Source: Camelus dromedarius (Eukaryota). Taken from it: a DNA stretch of 64,000 bases. The notes beneath the pieces were generated by a model. That model searched no databases, had not been told where the DNA came from, and saw only the letters and a program-made list of their open reading frames with translations. The DNA is taken from the NCBI RefSeq assembly GCF_036321535.1, contig NC_087462.1:21638001-21702000 (forward strand), given 5' to 3'. Positions within the stretch are counted from its first letter, which is position 1, and every line of letters begins with the position of its first letter. Below are positions 34,182 through 46,289 of this stretch, in pieces. Both the position numbers and the translations under genes were made by a program.

Positions 34182-34549
34182 CCAAAGCCTGCTCTCCACC
34201 AAGTGCTGCTGTAATGATTCCATGCCCTCTCTGCCATCTGAGAAACTTGATCATCCTGATTCTTCCCTCTCCCTCAATGCCATGTTTAAAGCCCTCCTCG
34301 AAGACCCTGCAATCCAGCATCTTACGTACATCCCAACTGCTGCCCTCCTCATCTACATGTCTTCACCTTTCACGGGGGTGGGGCAGCAGCACCACTTGTC
34401 ATTGTGTTGTACCTCTTGTCACAGAGCTGTCCACTGGTTGGGAATTTTCCTCAAGATTAAGGATTTTAAAAATCTTTTCAAAGATCTGTTAATAAATTAA
34501 CTTCCTAGAATTATCTCCACTTTACTCACCTCATCACCCAGCCTTAGCA

Positions 34550-34900
34550 AGCCACCCCCTTTCCTAAGCCCTTCAGAGCTTTCATAGCCCCATGCCTACA
34601 CCAGCTGGTTCTTTCTGCCTGGAATTTTTATTCACCTGGGAAACCTGGTGAATTTCTTCTTATTTTTTTTTTTTTAGGACTTAGCTCACAGAGAGCTTCT
34701 GCTTTGTCTATCCTAACCCATCCCTCCTAACCAACTAATATAAAATAGTTGGTTCTCCATCTGTGTTTTCAAACATCATTGTTCTTTCTCCAATCCTTAA
34801 TATACTATACCATGTTTCCATGATGGCTGGTGCACTCTCCACATAGGCTCAAGTCCCCAAATGGCAGAGTCTTACAATTCACATGTAATGAAAAGTATTG
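34550..34900 (+). mobile_element. L2 fragment
   Basis: CTTTCTGCCTGGAAT ... pyrimidine-rich sense L2. Confidence 0.55.
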
Positions 34901-37149
34901 AAACTCTTTGTTGAGCTCCCCCATGGAAATGGCAAAGAGGAGGATGGATTCTTAATAGCATATACGTTAGAAATTCTCTCCCAATGGTTGGCTCTCCCAA
35001 TATCCTTCTCAGTCAGCAGTTGTTCCTAAAACCTACTCACTCCTTTCTCTCTCTCAAATTCTAACTCCTGACATCTAACTTACATGTTTATTTCTGCCTC
35101 CTCATCACAGCCACCGAGCTGCATGACATCAAGGGCCCTGTTCCTGCAATAGTCTTTGGAGTGTTGCTTCCAACGATGCTACTACTTTCATAGAATACCG
35201 TGTGGATGGTGCTCCCTGGAGTTTGGCAGAAAGTAGATCTGTTCCCTAACCTGCTCTCAGCTCTGCTTCATATAGATCAGCTTAGTATCTCTGGCTCATT
35301 TTCCTTCCTCTACACTCTCCCTTAACCAATCTTTGGATGCTGACTCAACGAGCAAGGATCTTTCCTGCGACAGCTGTGGGAGAAGGCAGAAGATCACGAA
35401 CACTCATGCAATAATTACTCTTCCTGTTACGTCTGTTTCCAAGTCAGTCTTCCTCAGCAGATGGGGGGTTCCTTTTGGTCACGAGCTGTATTTTATTTAG
35501 CTTGGAGCCTACCACAGGTTCCAGAACATGTAGAGTCTCAACTGTGGAATCAAAGACTTTTAAAGTGGAAAACATACATACACGCATTAAATGGCTGGTG
35601 ACTTCCCAAAATAAAAATAGCATTGCACTCCTCGCCCCCAGATCACTAATATATCTACCTTACTTTCTTTGGAGGGTTCACTTCTTTTAGTTCTGGGCTC
35701 TCAAAATATAGTTTGCATCAAACAAAATCTTCAAGCACAAAAATTACCCTTACTTCATTCAGTACATCTGGTTTGTTCTTTCTTTCTTTCATTATTATTG
35801 GTCTCAGGTATAAAGCTGGTCACGAGCAACTGAACTGACTTCACTACCTTATCAGTTTTGTTCCGTGGTTTGAAAACCACAGCCCGAATTTATCTCGCGA
35901 GGGACCCTTTTTCCATCCACTCTTCAGCATTCCATCTGGGTGTTCCCCACATCAGTGGTGGGATGTGTCTCACCTTACTGCTGGTTACCTATAGCCACTC
36001 CTCAATATCATCTCCTCTTGAGGAAGATCTCCCCTCCCCATGGCTGCTGTGAAGTAAATGTGGGGCTTCTTAGGAAGAGCAGGTATCTGGCTCCCTATGT
36101 CTCAAAAAGCATGGGTCATGTTGGGCCTGAGGTCACCACTGACAGCCCTTGTGTTCTTCCTCCCCAAGGGTTTTAGGCCTCCTTTCTATATTTGCCAAAT
36201 TGTTCAAAGAATAACCGTGTCTTCAACGATGTCCTTGTCCATGTGTACAGACGTATGTGGGAATGCATCCCCTCCACGTGCACACACGTGGCTCCATGAA
36301 CAAACAGGAATCCTTGGAGAAAACAGAGCCCCAAGTCATAGAGAGGAAGAGAAAATGTTTCCTAACCACCAAATAATTTGTACAAAGCCTCTTTCTCCAA
36401 GCAGTAAGTATTTTATGTTATTATTTTGAGTGGTGTTTAATTACTTGTTTTCATGCGTCTACCCTCATCCCGTTTCCAAGTTGTGCCCTTTGAGGTCTGC
36501 CAGGAATAGGGAAGGAGCCAGCTGTACCCTTCTTCATGACCCTTTTCAGGTGCCAAAGGTGATTTGAATTGACCATTCTGGGAAAAACTGGATTCCATTC
36601 CTGGCCTTGGTTTCTGGCTGTCGGTACAGATGGGATGGCTCTCTCCTTCCAGACACACTGGGGAGGTAAGAAGGCTTTGCTGGGGGTTGAGATGGAACCC
36701 AGGGCAGAGAGGGAAGCAGGGATGCATCTGTGGTGTCCTGGAGTTGCGGGCCTGGGTTCCCCAGATGCCCCAGATGTGCAGGGCACGTGATGATGTGAGC
36801 AGGCTCAGTAGCCAGAACCGAGCATCTGCCCAGGAGGGAACGTTCTCCACCACACAGCTCTGCTGGACCCATCACAAAGAAGGGGAAAAAAAAATCGACA
36901 GCCATAGTAACAGCAGACCTGGCCCAAGCCACTGACTTAGGCAAGCCAAGCCCCCTGTGAGAACCTCAGTCTCTTGGTCCATAAAATAAAGACCACACCC
37001 CACGGCTGCAAAGCTGTGTGTGTGCGACCCACATGGGATGAGAACATATTCTGAATATGGCCCGGTTCCCTGTGGGTGCTATGATTCTGAAAAAGAATTG
37101 TAGTCGTAATTGAACAGAAGACCCATGTGATCCAATTACACCCCACAAT

Positions 37150-37380
37150 CGAGAGAAAAGAGCTAACATTAACATGCAGGCATGCAGCTGGGTATCCACG
37201 AGCAATATCTTATTTCATCCTCATAGCGATATGATGATGAGGCAGTGCTACTGTCTCGCTGTCACAGAGGAGGAAAGAGAGGTTCAGGGAGGTGAGGTAC
37301 CTGCCCAGTTCCCCAGCACAACACGACACTGAGTCTGAGCTGGGAGACAAACTGATGGCCTGGCTCCGGGAACCCTTCCT
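37150..37380 (-). mobile_element. MIR
   Basis: ACAGAGGAGGAAAGAGAGGTTCAGGGAGGTGAGGTACCTGCCCAG. Confidence 0.7.
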
Positions 37381-38299
37381 TCCCGCCGCTACTCAATATC
37401 CAGTCGCCCAAACCTAACCAGGGACATCCAGGGTGGACTCACTGCCCAGGGCAGAAAACCCCGCAATTTCAGGCAGAACCAACCTGGCAGGGAGGCTCTC
37501 CACGGAAGGTTCCAGGATGGCTAAGCTCTGAGCAGCCTGAGTTCCCCTCCAGCAGAAAGCAGTTGTTCCCTGACCTCCCCTCCAGCTCTGATATTCACGG
37601 ATTCCAAGGGTGATGGAAAATAAGCCTTTCCCCAAGCTGATCAGGGGGTGCTCCTCCACGAAGCCATCGGGCTCCCCTGTCCTTTTGGTGGCACCCCCGA
37701 CAGTCATCACACAACTCCTATTCATTCTGTGGACTTAGAAGCCAATCCCCAGATACCTGGTCTTGGCCTTCAGCTTCTAACTGGAAGGAGGAGCTACTTG
37801 AGATGGCTTGGCTCCCAAGGATGCGGCTCCTAGATTTTGGAGACACCGTTCTGTTCTTGGAGAAGCCCCCCCCCCCGCTTTTTTTTAATTGTTCCCTGAT
37901 AGCAGTTACTAAAACACTGCCAGCTTCCTGGCCCCGGGCTGGCAAGGGAGGTGAGCTGCCTTGGAGAGTCTGTCAGAAGCTTGATGGGGACGCCGTCCTC
38001 TGAAGTTGTTACATCCCCTCAGTCTGTTTTTAGAAGCCTCTTGAAGAGAGCAGATAAACTGCTTGGTGCCCCGGTTCATGATAACAGGCTGGGAAGGAGC
38101 CTAGCTGCCTGGAGCAGGGGGCAGGGGGAGCGGGGATCTTGGAGACGCTCAGGGATCAGCACCCGTCTCCTGACCACGGGTCCAGCCGTGGATATGCTGG
38201 GCCGCTCCAGGAGCAATTGCGCTGAAATGTTAATCTGACCCCATCACCCTCTGCTCCCAGGATTAAGTCAGATCTCCTTAGCCTGTCCGCCCAAGCCCT

Positions 38300-38745
38300 G
38301 CAAGCTCCAGCTCCTTCCTACCTCTCCATCCTCCTTGCCCTCCTCTCTCCGCCTCCTCTCTAGACCTGCAAGTCCGACATAGTATTTCATGCCTCCATGC
38401 TCTTGCTCAAGGTGTACCCTCCACCCGGAATGACCTTTCCCTCCTCCTTTGCCAATTTCCCTTTGCCCTCAAGATCCGGTTTAAGCATTACCCCTTCCCC
38501 GACCTAGAACCCCAATAACCTACAACTGGATGTGGGTCACGTGTCCCTTACCTGTGCCCCCACAGCACTCTGCTCCTCCCATCAGAGCACTTGTCACACC
38601 TCATGGTAATTACCCCTTCTCATTTCTCTTTCCCCATGACACAGTGAGTGTCACCAGGGACCACGTCTGATTCATCGTAACAGCCTTAGACTACTGCATG
38701 GCACAGTTCCTTGCACACAGTAGGCATTCAGTAAATGTGGGAAAA
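38300..38745 (+). mobile_element. L2 3' end
   Basis: CACAGCACTCTG ... GCACACAGTAGGCATTCAGTAAATGT. Confidence 0.8.
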
Positions 38746-38819
38746 AATCAGTAAGAAAAAGAGCAAAGGAAGAGTGGAGGGGTGGACCCCCCCCAAAGAA
38801 ATAGATAAAGGGTGTAGTT

Positions 38820-39010
38820 CCTTATAGTCAAATTCTCCAGAGCACAGCGCAGTGCACGCTCTGGGGCCAGATGGTCTGGGCTGAACTCTGCCCTGCCCCA
38901 GCTGTGACAACCTGGGCGTGTCACTTAACCTCTCTATGCTTCAACTTCCTCATCTGAAAAGTGAAAATGAAGACACTCATAAGGATGGATAAGTCCGTTG
39001 GTGCATATAA
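38820..39010 (+). mobile_element. MIR
   Basis: TCACTTAACCTCTCTATGCTTCAACTTCCTCATCTGAAAAGTG. Confidence 0.85.
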
Positions 39011-40509
39011 GTCACTCAACAGACACAACAGGGCTTGAGGCAGAGAGAGTCACGTTGGTCGCTGTAACACCTCCGCCTCCAACTCGGCTGCTCACAATGC
39101 ACCTCCTCCACAGCCGCCTTCCGTCTTGGTGCACGTCCTCCTCTGGGTGCTGAGATTCCTCTCCCTTGAGCCAGCAGATGGGGAAAGAGAGCAAGGATTA
39201 CCTGGAAAGAGGGGCGACATCCCAGGGTGCAGAAGAATGGCTCAAAGATGGGGCTCAGCTGTGGGCACCGAGAAGGGGAGAACACGGACATGCGTGGGCG
39301 CTGGAGTTCAGCGCCTCAGACGTGACTTGGCACATTGTGAGCTTGCAGTAAATGTGAGCTCCCTGTCTTACGGGGGAGGAAATCTGCTGAGAACCATGCT
39401 CCTTGATTCTTGATGGTAATTGCAACAGCCCCACGTCTACAGAGAAGATTGTGCAGATTCTGACAGGGATCTGGCCACTGGTGTCGGTGCCTCTGCCTGG
39501 GGTTAACAGTCTGTACAGATTTGACCAGAGCAAATAGATTTTGTTGAGTATTTATTTTCCCCTTTAGCTTTTTTTTTAAGTTAGTAATTGCCATTAAGAA
39601 ATAGCTGGCACCTAGTTAATTAGCCCCAAAGGACTCCATTATCAACTGAAATGACTCAGATCCGGGAAGCAAGCAGCAGGCTAGTGGATAAATTCAATGG
39701 GGTTTCAATTTTATAAGGACACGCATGGTTTTCTTTGAAGCAGTTTGTCTCAAGAAGCTTGTGTCTGTCCAACACCCTAGTCTAGTGATCTGATCTGGGA
39801 GTAAAGACTGAGGTCACGCAAGTTTAATTTGTTTAAAGAAGATTCTGATTCAATTGCTCTCCCTTTGGCAAGATTATTAAATACAGTGTGATGTGCAGAG
39901 GCAGTTTGGGCAAATTATAGGCAGAGGATGTCAAATAGCCACTGGCTTATTTTCAGCTCACTATTTTGGGGAGCAAAGATTTAGAGAAATACAGGTAAAG
40001 AAGCAGGCCAGGGTATTTCCCCAAACTATCTGCCATCAAAAATGCTCCATCTGATCTAATGACCTTCCTGGGGCACCAACTTTCAAATGGCCTGGAAATG
40101 ACTAGTTCTTAGGACCCTGGGGCTGGGCCAGAGGTGATTCGGAGGCTGAGATTATGCAGTTACTCGGTTTATTTGTTCCTCATTAACAGCTTATAGGTTT
40201 TGAAACTATTTATGGGAGTGGGGAAAGGAAGGGAGCACAGAAGAGAGGGAATTAATAACCATCATGTGCCTAATTTTTAACTCCATCGGGGATCTGGACC
40301 AAGATGATGCCTCTACTCTGTTGGAAATAGGAGTGGCCTTTCAGCCAAGTTTAAAGGAGAAAATGATGCGTTACTGACTCTCCAGACACAATCCCAACAT
40401 GTGTTTGGGCTGAACGGAGAGGCAGGATGTGGTGGTCGTCCTTCCCTTTCCTGGAGGGCTCAGCCAACTCTGCGGTGCTGACTGTACGTGGGTAGCAGGG
40501 CATGTGCAT

Positions 40510-40950
40510 CCCATGTATGTTTCTTGAGCACCTGCTCTGTTCTGGGCACCTGATAGGTGTGCTCAAGTGCAAACACAATGTGGCACCTGCCCTCCTGGGG
40601 CAGATTAGTGGGGAAACTGACATGAATGAGATCATCACCAAGCCCTGTAAGGAAGGTGATAAGAACTTGAACTTGTCATCGGGTGGTCCTTTAGTTGAAG
40701 GGTCAGGGAAGAGAAGCAATCTGGCTGAGATCTGAGGAGGCTGGAGGTGGACCAGGGAAAGCACTAGAGAACCATGTCCCCAGAAGAGAGAACAGTGTAG
40801 CCCAAAGCCCTGTAGCAGAAGGCAGCAGGACCTGCCCCCAAAAATCCAAGAAGGCCGGTGTGGTTAGAGGACAGAGGGAAAAGTCTCCTGTAATCCCAGA
40901 CGAGGCAGAGATCAGCTCCAACGGGGTCACATGCACCTGTGAAGGGTTTC
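40510..40950 (-). mobile_element. L2 3' region
   Basis: TTGAGCACCTGCTCTGTTCTGGGCAC ... GAACAGTGTAGCCCAAAGCCCTG. Confidence 0.75.
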
Positions 40951-40999
40951 TGGCCCCGCGGGAAGCCGTGGAAAGCTTGTAACTTCAACCGAAGTGCTG

Positions 41000-41200
41000 G
41001 CTGGGAGACGGACAGATCTCAGACCAACATCTGGTTCTGGCACCTGTTTATTCTGTGCCCTTAAGCAGGTTTCATCACATGCATTGAGTCTTAGGTTCCC
41101 CATCTGTAGAATAGGTGTAACTCTTACCGTGAAGGGTCATTTTGGGGTGATTCACTGAGAAAACACGGATGGCTACCATAGCTTGTGTACTTAACATGAT
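41000..41200 (+). mobile_element. MIR
   Basis: GAGTCTTAGGTTCCCCATCTGTAGAATAGG. Confidence 0.7.
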
Positions 41201-41849
41201 CCCCGATACGTAACAGAGGCTGAAAATGCGTTGGACTGAGAGAAATAAAATTGATGGCACTTCTAACCTTCAATGACAGGAATGGGTTTGACCATTGTGC
41301 TTCTTAGATAGTGAGGACATCGAGTTCAGCAAGATCTACAAAGTTGGAGACTGTCTGTCCCCAAACCCCCAAGAAATGAGGTTTTCTTTCCCCCTGGAAT
41401 TCTGGACTCACGCGTTGGTGGGTGTGGAGGGAGGTCTGGAGGCACTGATGCCAATCCCCAGCGCCTCGTTAGGGCTGCGTGCCTGTGGGTGGCTTCCTGC
41501 GATGCTGCTGTCTGTCCTCCCTTCACCGCGGTCTCCCTTGGAGGAACTACATCTTCCTTTTTTGACTTCAGCCTGCGTAGGCTACTTGAAGTTCCCATCC
41601 TGCCCCAGCCAAGGAGCAAGGACAACTCTCAAGGCAGCCAAGTGAACCCTCCCTACCAGGAAGCGGAATCTCAAGCAGAGACAGAAAAGGATGGAAACAG
41701 GAGGGACTCGTCTCCCCACCAGGACCGGCTGTTCTGATGCTAGACCTTTCCTGAGGGTGTGTGTTCCAGTCTCTGGAACCAGGAGCCCTGAATCCCTTTC
41801 ATGGTCCCGGGCCTGTTATTTAGCTACCCCCCAAGTCTAGGGGCCTCTG

Positions 41850-41990
41850 TTAACCTCCCACAATAACCTCGTTTTAATTGCTAGCTCAGAGCCAAAACAT
41901 ACTCATTAATACAGCAGGAAAGAAGCTGAAACAGAGAAATTAAGTGACCTGCACAATATCACAGGACGAAATTCAGAGCTCCTTTATCTG
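41850..41990 (-). mobile_element. MIR
   Basis: CAGAGAAATTAAGTGACCTGCACAATATCACAG. Confidence 0.6.
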
Positions 41991-42339
41991 CAGGACGCCT
42001 AGGGGTTTTAAAAACATGTGGGATTCTGGGGATGGAGCAGAGGGAATATCTTAATTTCCGTCTCTTTTGTTTACAAAGATAATGAAGCGAAAAAGGTTCT
42101 AGCTCAAAACTTAAACAGCTTCCTTTTGGGTCTGAAATTGTACATATTAAACCTGGCATTCAAGGCCCCCACAATAAAATCACCTCTCATCTCCCAGCTT
42201 TACCTCCCATGTACGAACTACTGGCCTCGTCTTCTACATAGAATGTGCCGCCCAGCCGAAGGGGCGCCGGTCTGATCCCCAGGAACACCCTGTCCCCTCT
42301 GGTCCCCACATTCTGCTCTGGCTGCTTTTTATATCTTTT

Positions 42340-42620
42340 TCTTCCTTCTTTCTTTCAACACTCTTGAGAGCTACTCTGTCCCAGGCCTGGGGCAGTTAGT
42401 AGAAAAGAAAACACAGGCCTTCCCTCGACGAGCTCCCGTCTATCGGGAGAGGTGGGCAAGTGAACAGGTAAGTGCCACAGGGCAGTGCGGGGCTTGTGTG
42501 GAGCCCAGGGAGGGTCTCAGCACTGCCTTGGAGACCAGGGAGGGTTGCCTGGAGCAGGCGTTTTGACGCTGAGTTCCCAAAGATTGAGTAAGAGATGAAA
42601 GCAGGAAGGGAAAAATGTGC
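42340..42620 (-). mobile_element. L2 fragment
   Basis: TTGAGAGCTACTCTGTCCCAGGCCTGGG ... GGAGGGTTGCCTGGAG. Confidence 0.65.
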
Positions 42621-42674
42621 ATACAAGCAAAGGTCCTTGGTTGGCTACTTTCCAAAAACAAAAAACAAAAAAAG

Positions 42675-43210
42675 ATAAGATAGACACGACACCAAAAACA
42701 CAAGCAATAAAAGAAAAAAATAGATACACTGGATATGGTCAAAATAAAATATTTTTGTGCCTCCAAGGACATAATCAAGAAAGTGAGAAGACAACCCATG
42801 GAATAGGAGAACATTTTTGCAAACCATGTATCTGATAAAAGGCTATTATTTAGATTATGAAGAACTATTATAATTCAATAATAAAAAGAGAAATAATCTA
42901 CTTAAAATAGGCAAAAGATCTGAATAGACATTTCTACAGAAGAGATAAACAAGTGGCCAAAAAGCACCTGAAAAGATGCTCAACATCGTTATCCATCAGG
43001 AGAGTGTAAATCAAAGCCACAACAAGATGCCCCTGTCTGTCTACTGGTGTGGCCACCAACAAAAGATGCATACTAACCAGTGTTGGTGAGGGTCTGCGGA
43101 AACTGCAATCTTCATCTGCTGCTGGTGAGATTGCAAAAGAGTACAGCCACTTTGGAGAACAGTCTGGCAAAGTCTCAAAAAAAAAAAAGTTACACATAGA
43201 GTTAACCACA
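42675..43210 (+). mobile_element. L1 ORF2 C-terminal region (L1MB/MC-like), degraded
   Basis: DTTPKTQAIKEK; GGCAAAAGATCTGAATAGACATTTC; GAAAAGATGCTCAACATC. Confidence 0.9.
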
Positions 43211-43289
43211 TGTAGAGAAAACCCACTTGTGAACTAGAAAACCAACCCTTGTATAGGGTGCGTGTCTTGCTGGTGGGACCACTTGAAAG

Positions 43290-44370
43290 CCCACATGAAC
43301 ACATAGATATACAAGAAGCATTCATTGCAACCCTTTTTATAAACACAAAAAAGCCCTGAAAGTCCAAAAAATATGGTATTGCTGAGATAAATTGTGGTAA
43401 AAGAACTAGGTATAATAACACTAAGTGGCAAATTAAAAAATCATGTTTTGGAATAATGTTTGATAACTGGCAGAGATGTGCATGCCGCTAGAATGCATGT
43501 GACATAGGATTCCAATTTTATAAAAATCACCTGTGTCCCAACTGAGCCCAAACCCCTGGGGTTCAGACATGTCTCTGTACATGAGATGAGCTCATTAAAC
43601 AAGTGTCTAATGGCATGAGTTCGTCTCAGCAGAGGAAAGGAGGGATGAAAGGGGAGACGTGCCAAAGAAAGGGGGGAGGGCTGTAGGGAGGGCAGCTGCA
43701 GCCCCCGGCCAGCCCCCAACGTGCTCTTGTGAGAAAGGGGGGCCTCAGGCAGAAGCTGAAAAAGCCGTGCTCAAGGACTCCGTGTGACCTTGGGCAGCAC
43801 AGTGGCAGCCCCAGATGACAGACTGGGACATGGAGTGGAGGAGAGGACCTTGTCCACTTCTTTGCCCAGTACCCTGCCCCTGGTCTGGAGAAGGACCAGG
43901 AGTGCAGGATCCCTTTTGTTTCCTTGGGGGTATCAGGAGAGAGGCTTTTGGTCCAGACATCACCATTGCCCCAGCAGGTACTGACGTGGACAGAGAGACC
44001 ATGGGGGGCACTGCCTTGGATATGTTTCCCAACAGGGCACAGTCATGGACACAGGACTCCAGAACATGGGGGTTCTCACGTGAGTTCACATGTGACCCCC
44101 CTTGGGCTCCCTGAGATAACTCGGGGAGATTGTACACGGACACATAGACAGCTAATCTGGTGACCATGACCTCATGTGTACAGAGCCTGGAGGGGGGCGA
44201 ACTTGGAGGATATACCTGCACTGATATCACCCATTATAAATACATCAAAATAGTAATAGTTTCTTTGGATGGTAGGATGTTAGAATTTTCATTGTCTGTT
44301 TATCCAGTTTTTATATTTTGTATTTTTTTTCCTAAAATGAACAGGTATCACTTTTATAATACGAAAATCC
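43290..44370 (+). mobile_element. Ancient L1 (L1ME-like) pieces at 43290-43530 and 44200-44370, separated by non-L1 sequence
   Basis: 3' end CTAAAATGAACAGGTATCACTTTTATAAT. Confidence 0.55.
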
Positions 44371-44395
44371 AGATTATATCATTTTAACTTAAGTC

Positions 44396-44647
44396 ATTTT
44401 TTATTCTTTAAATTTCTCATTGAATTATAGTCAGTTTACAATGATGTGTAAACTTCTGGTGTACAGCGTAGTGATTCAGTTTTACGTATATAGAGTCCTT
44501 TTCATATTCTTTTTCGTTGTGGGCTATTACAAGGTACTGAATATGGTTCCCTGTGCTAGACAGTAGGATCTTGTTGCTTATCTATTTTATACGTAGTAGT
44601 TAGTGTCTGCAAATCCTGAACTCCCAGTCTATCCCGCCAACCCTCCC
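44396..44647 (-). mobile_element. Young 5'-truncated L1 3' end
   Basis: ATAGTCAGTTTACAATG ... GGTTCCCTGTGCTA; same family as 22722-23083. Confidence 0.9.
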
Positions 44648-44859
44648 ATGTTATTTTAAAAATTATTGATGAGGTCAGACACTTTCAGGAGTGACCCCGG
44701 GAACTGACCCTGGGAGCTGTCACCCATGACAGTGTGACTGCGTCTGGAGGATGCTCAGATGCAGGAAAAGTGACCAGGTGATGTCCCAGCACTGGAAAGT
44801 CGTGAGTGTTGCAATGTGAGCTGGAGGCTCCCAATCCTGACTGATGATCGTACATCACT

Positions 44860-45030
44860 TTGTGGTCGTTATCACTGCTTTTAATCCTCACAACAGCCAT
44901 GCAGGGTATTACTAGCCATACTTCAAAAATGGGGGAAACTGAGCCTCAGAGACCCTGAAGTGGGTGCACAGGTGTCTTATGCTTTGAGGCAGCACACCTG
45001 GTCAGTGGTGGGATGACGACTCAAACCTGG
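44860..45030 (-). mobile_element. MIR
   Basis: TTTAATCCTCACAACAGCC ... GGGAAACTGAGCCTCAGAGA. Confidence 0.8.
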
Positions 45031-46289
45031 TTTTCCTGTTGTCTCCTCTTTGATTTCCTAAGCCAAGCATTCTTCTCCAGACTCGGGCTTCTAGAGTGTG
45101 CCATCATCACCTGGCTTTGGGAAAGCCTGTACACCTTTTGCAATTAGATCCAGAGTTTGGCATGCATTTTTTTTTTCTAAAAGGATGATTTCCAATTCTG
45201 CCACCCCCTCCAGAAAACCTCTGCATCAGCCCAGCTCTGAAGATAGAAAAATGCTCCCTGAACGTGCTCCTACTTGGAGGATCTAATGGCGAACAAATCT
45301 GCAGCACGTGGATTGAATTTCCTTTAAATTATGCATGAACCAAATAATGTGAACAGTTTGGCAAAATTTGCTTGGGGTTTTCTCAAACCCAAACTGTTTT
45401 TGAGAAAAAAAAAGTCAGTATTTTTGAAGAACCCGAAACAGAGCCTGTTTGGGGGATAGGTTGGGTGGGAGTGCTTGTGGTATGAGTTTGGCATGTTGTG
45501 TTTTTGACTTGGGGGCGCTGGTTCATTTGGGGTTGGATGTTGTTGGGTTTGCGGTGCAGTGGGTGTGCAGCAGTGGTGGTGGTGGTGTAGATTAGGGTGA
45601 AGGAATTCTCCACATTGCTCTCTGCCATGGTTTATTCCAGGTTGTTTGTTATGGAGAAGGATTTGACCACTGAAACCATCTGAGCTCAACAGAGACCAGG
45701 AGCGGCTGGAACACAGCCTCTCTGGACATAAGCCAGGCCATGAAACCACATCTTCGAGGAACGAGCAGCAGTGCTTGGGTGTGGGAGTGGAGATCACTAA
45801 TAGGTCTTCTGCTTAAACTCTGTAGGGAGGAAAGAGACAATGCTTTTTAATAGTATGTTGGCTCTAAAAGGGAGTGACCTGGTGATAACAGTTGCTGACA
45901 ATCACAATCAGATGTAGATTAAGATTCACTGACCTTAACTGACACCTGTCCTGTGCCGAGAGCTCCCCTCATGGGGGTGGACGAGGTGAGGTGCCACCCA
46001 GATCCCGCTTCAAGGCTGGACTTGCTGCCCGGCTATGGGGATAGTGTCAGCTCCTGCAGGGTCTCACCAGGTCTGTGTAAATGGTGACCGAGCAGGGCAG
46101 GGAAGTGAAGACCTAGATGTGCTGACTACGGATGCTCATCCCAGCCCCCTTGCTCTGTTGACCAAGGCTCTGCCAGACCCGAATCCCAGCGTGTCTTCTC
46201 CTGGGCATCCTCTTTCTTTCAGAGGCTTTGATCTGCAACAAACACCCTGTGCTCCGAGACTCCATCTCAGTCTCTTTCGGGAGAACCAG

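Noticed and set aside
3799-41327. Identical 13-mer GGACATCGAGTTC at 3799 and 41315
   Set aside because: Dozens of 13-mer matches are expected by chance in a window this size; the flanks do not align
41308-41400. Coding-looking segment DSEDIEFSKIYK after an acceptor-like TTCTTAG
   Set aside because: No good donor, no recognisable protein match, too short to separate from chance
45466-45600. Nuclear mitochondrial insertion (C/A-rich minus strand)
   Set aside because: Composition is mtDNA-like, but no frame resembles a mitochondrial protein, tRNA or rRNA that I recognise
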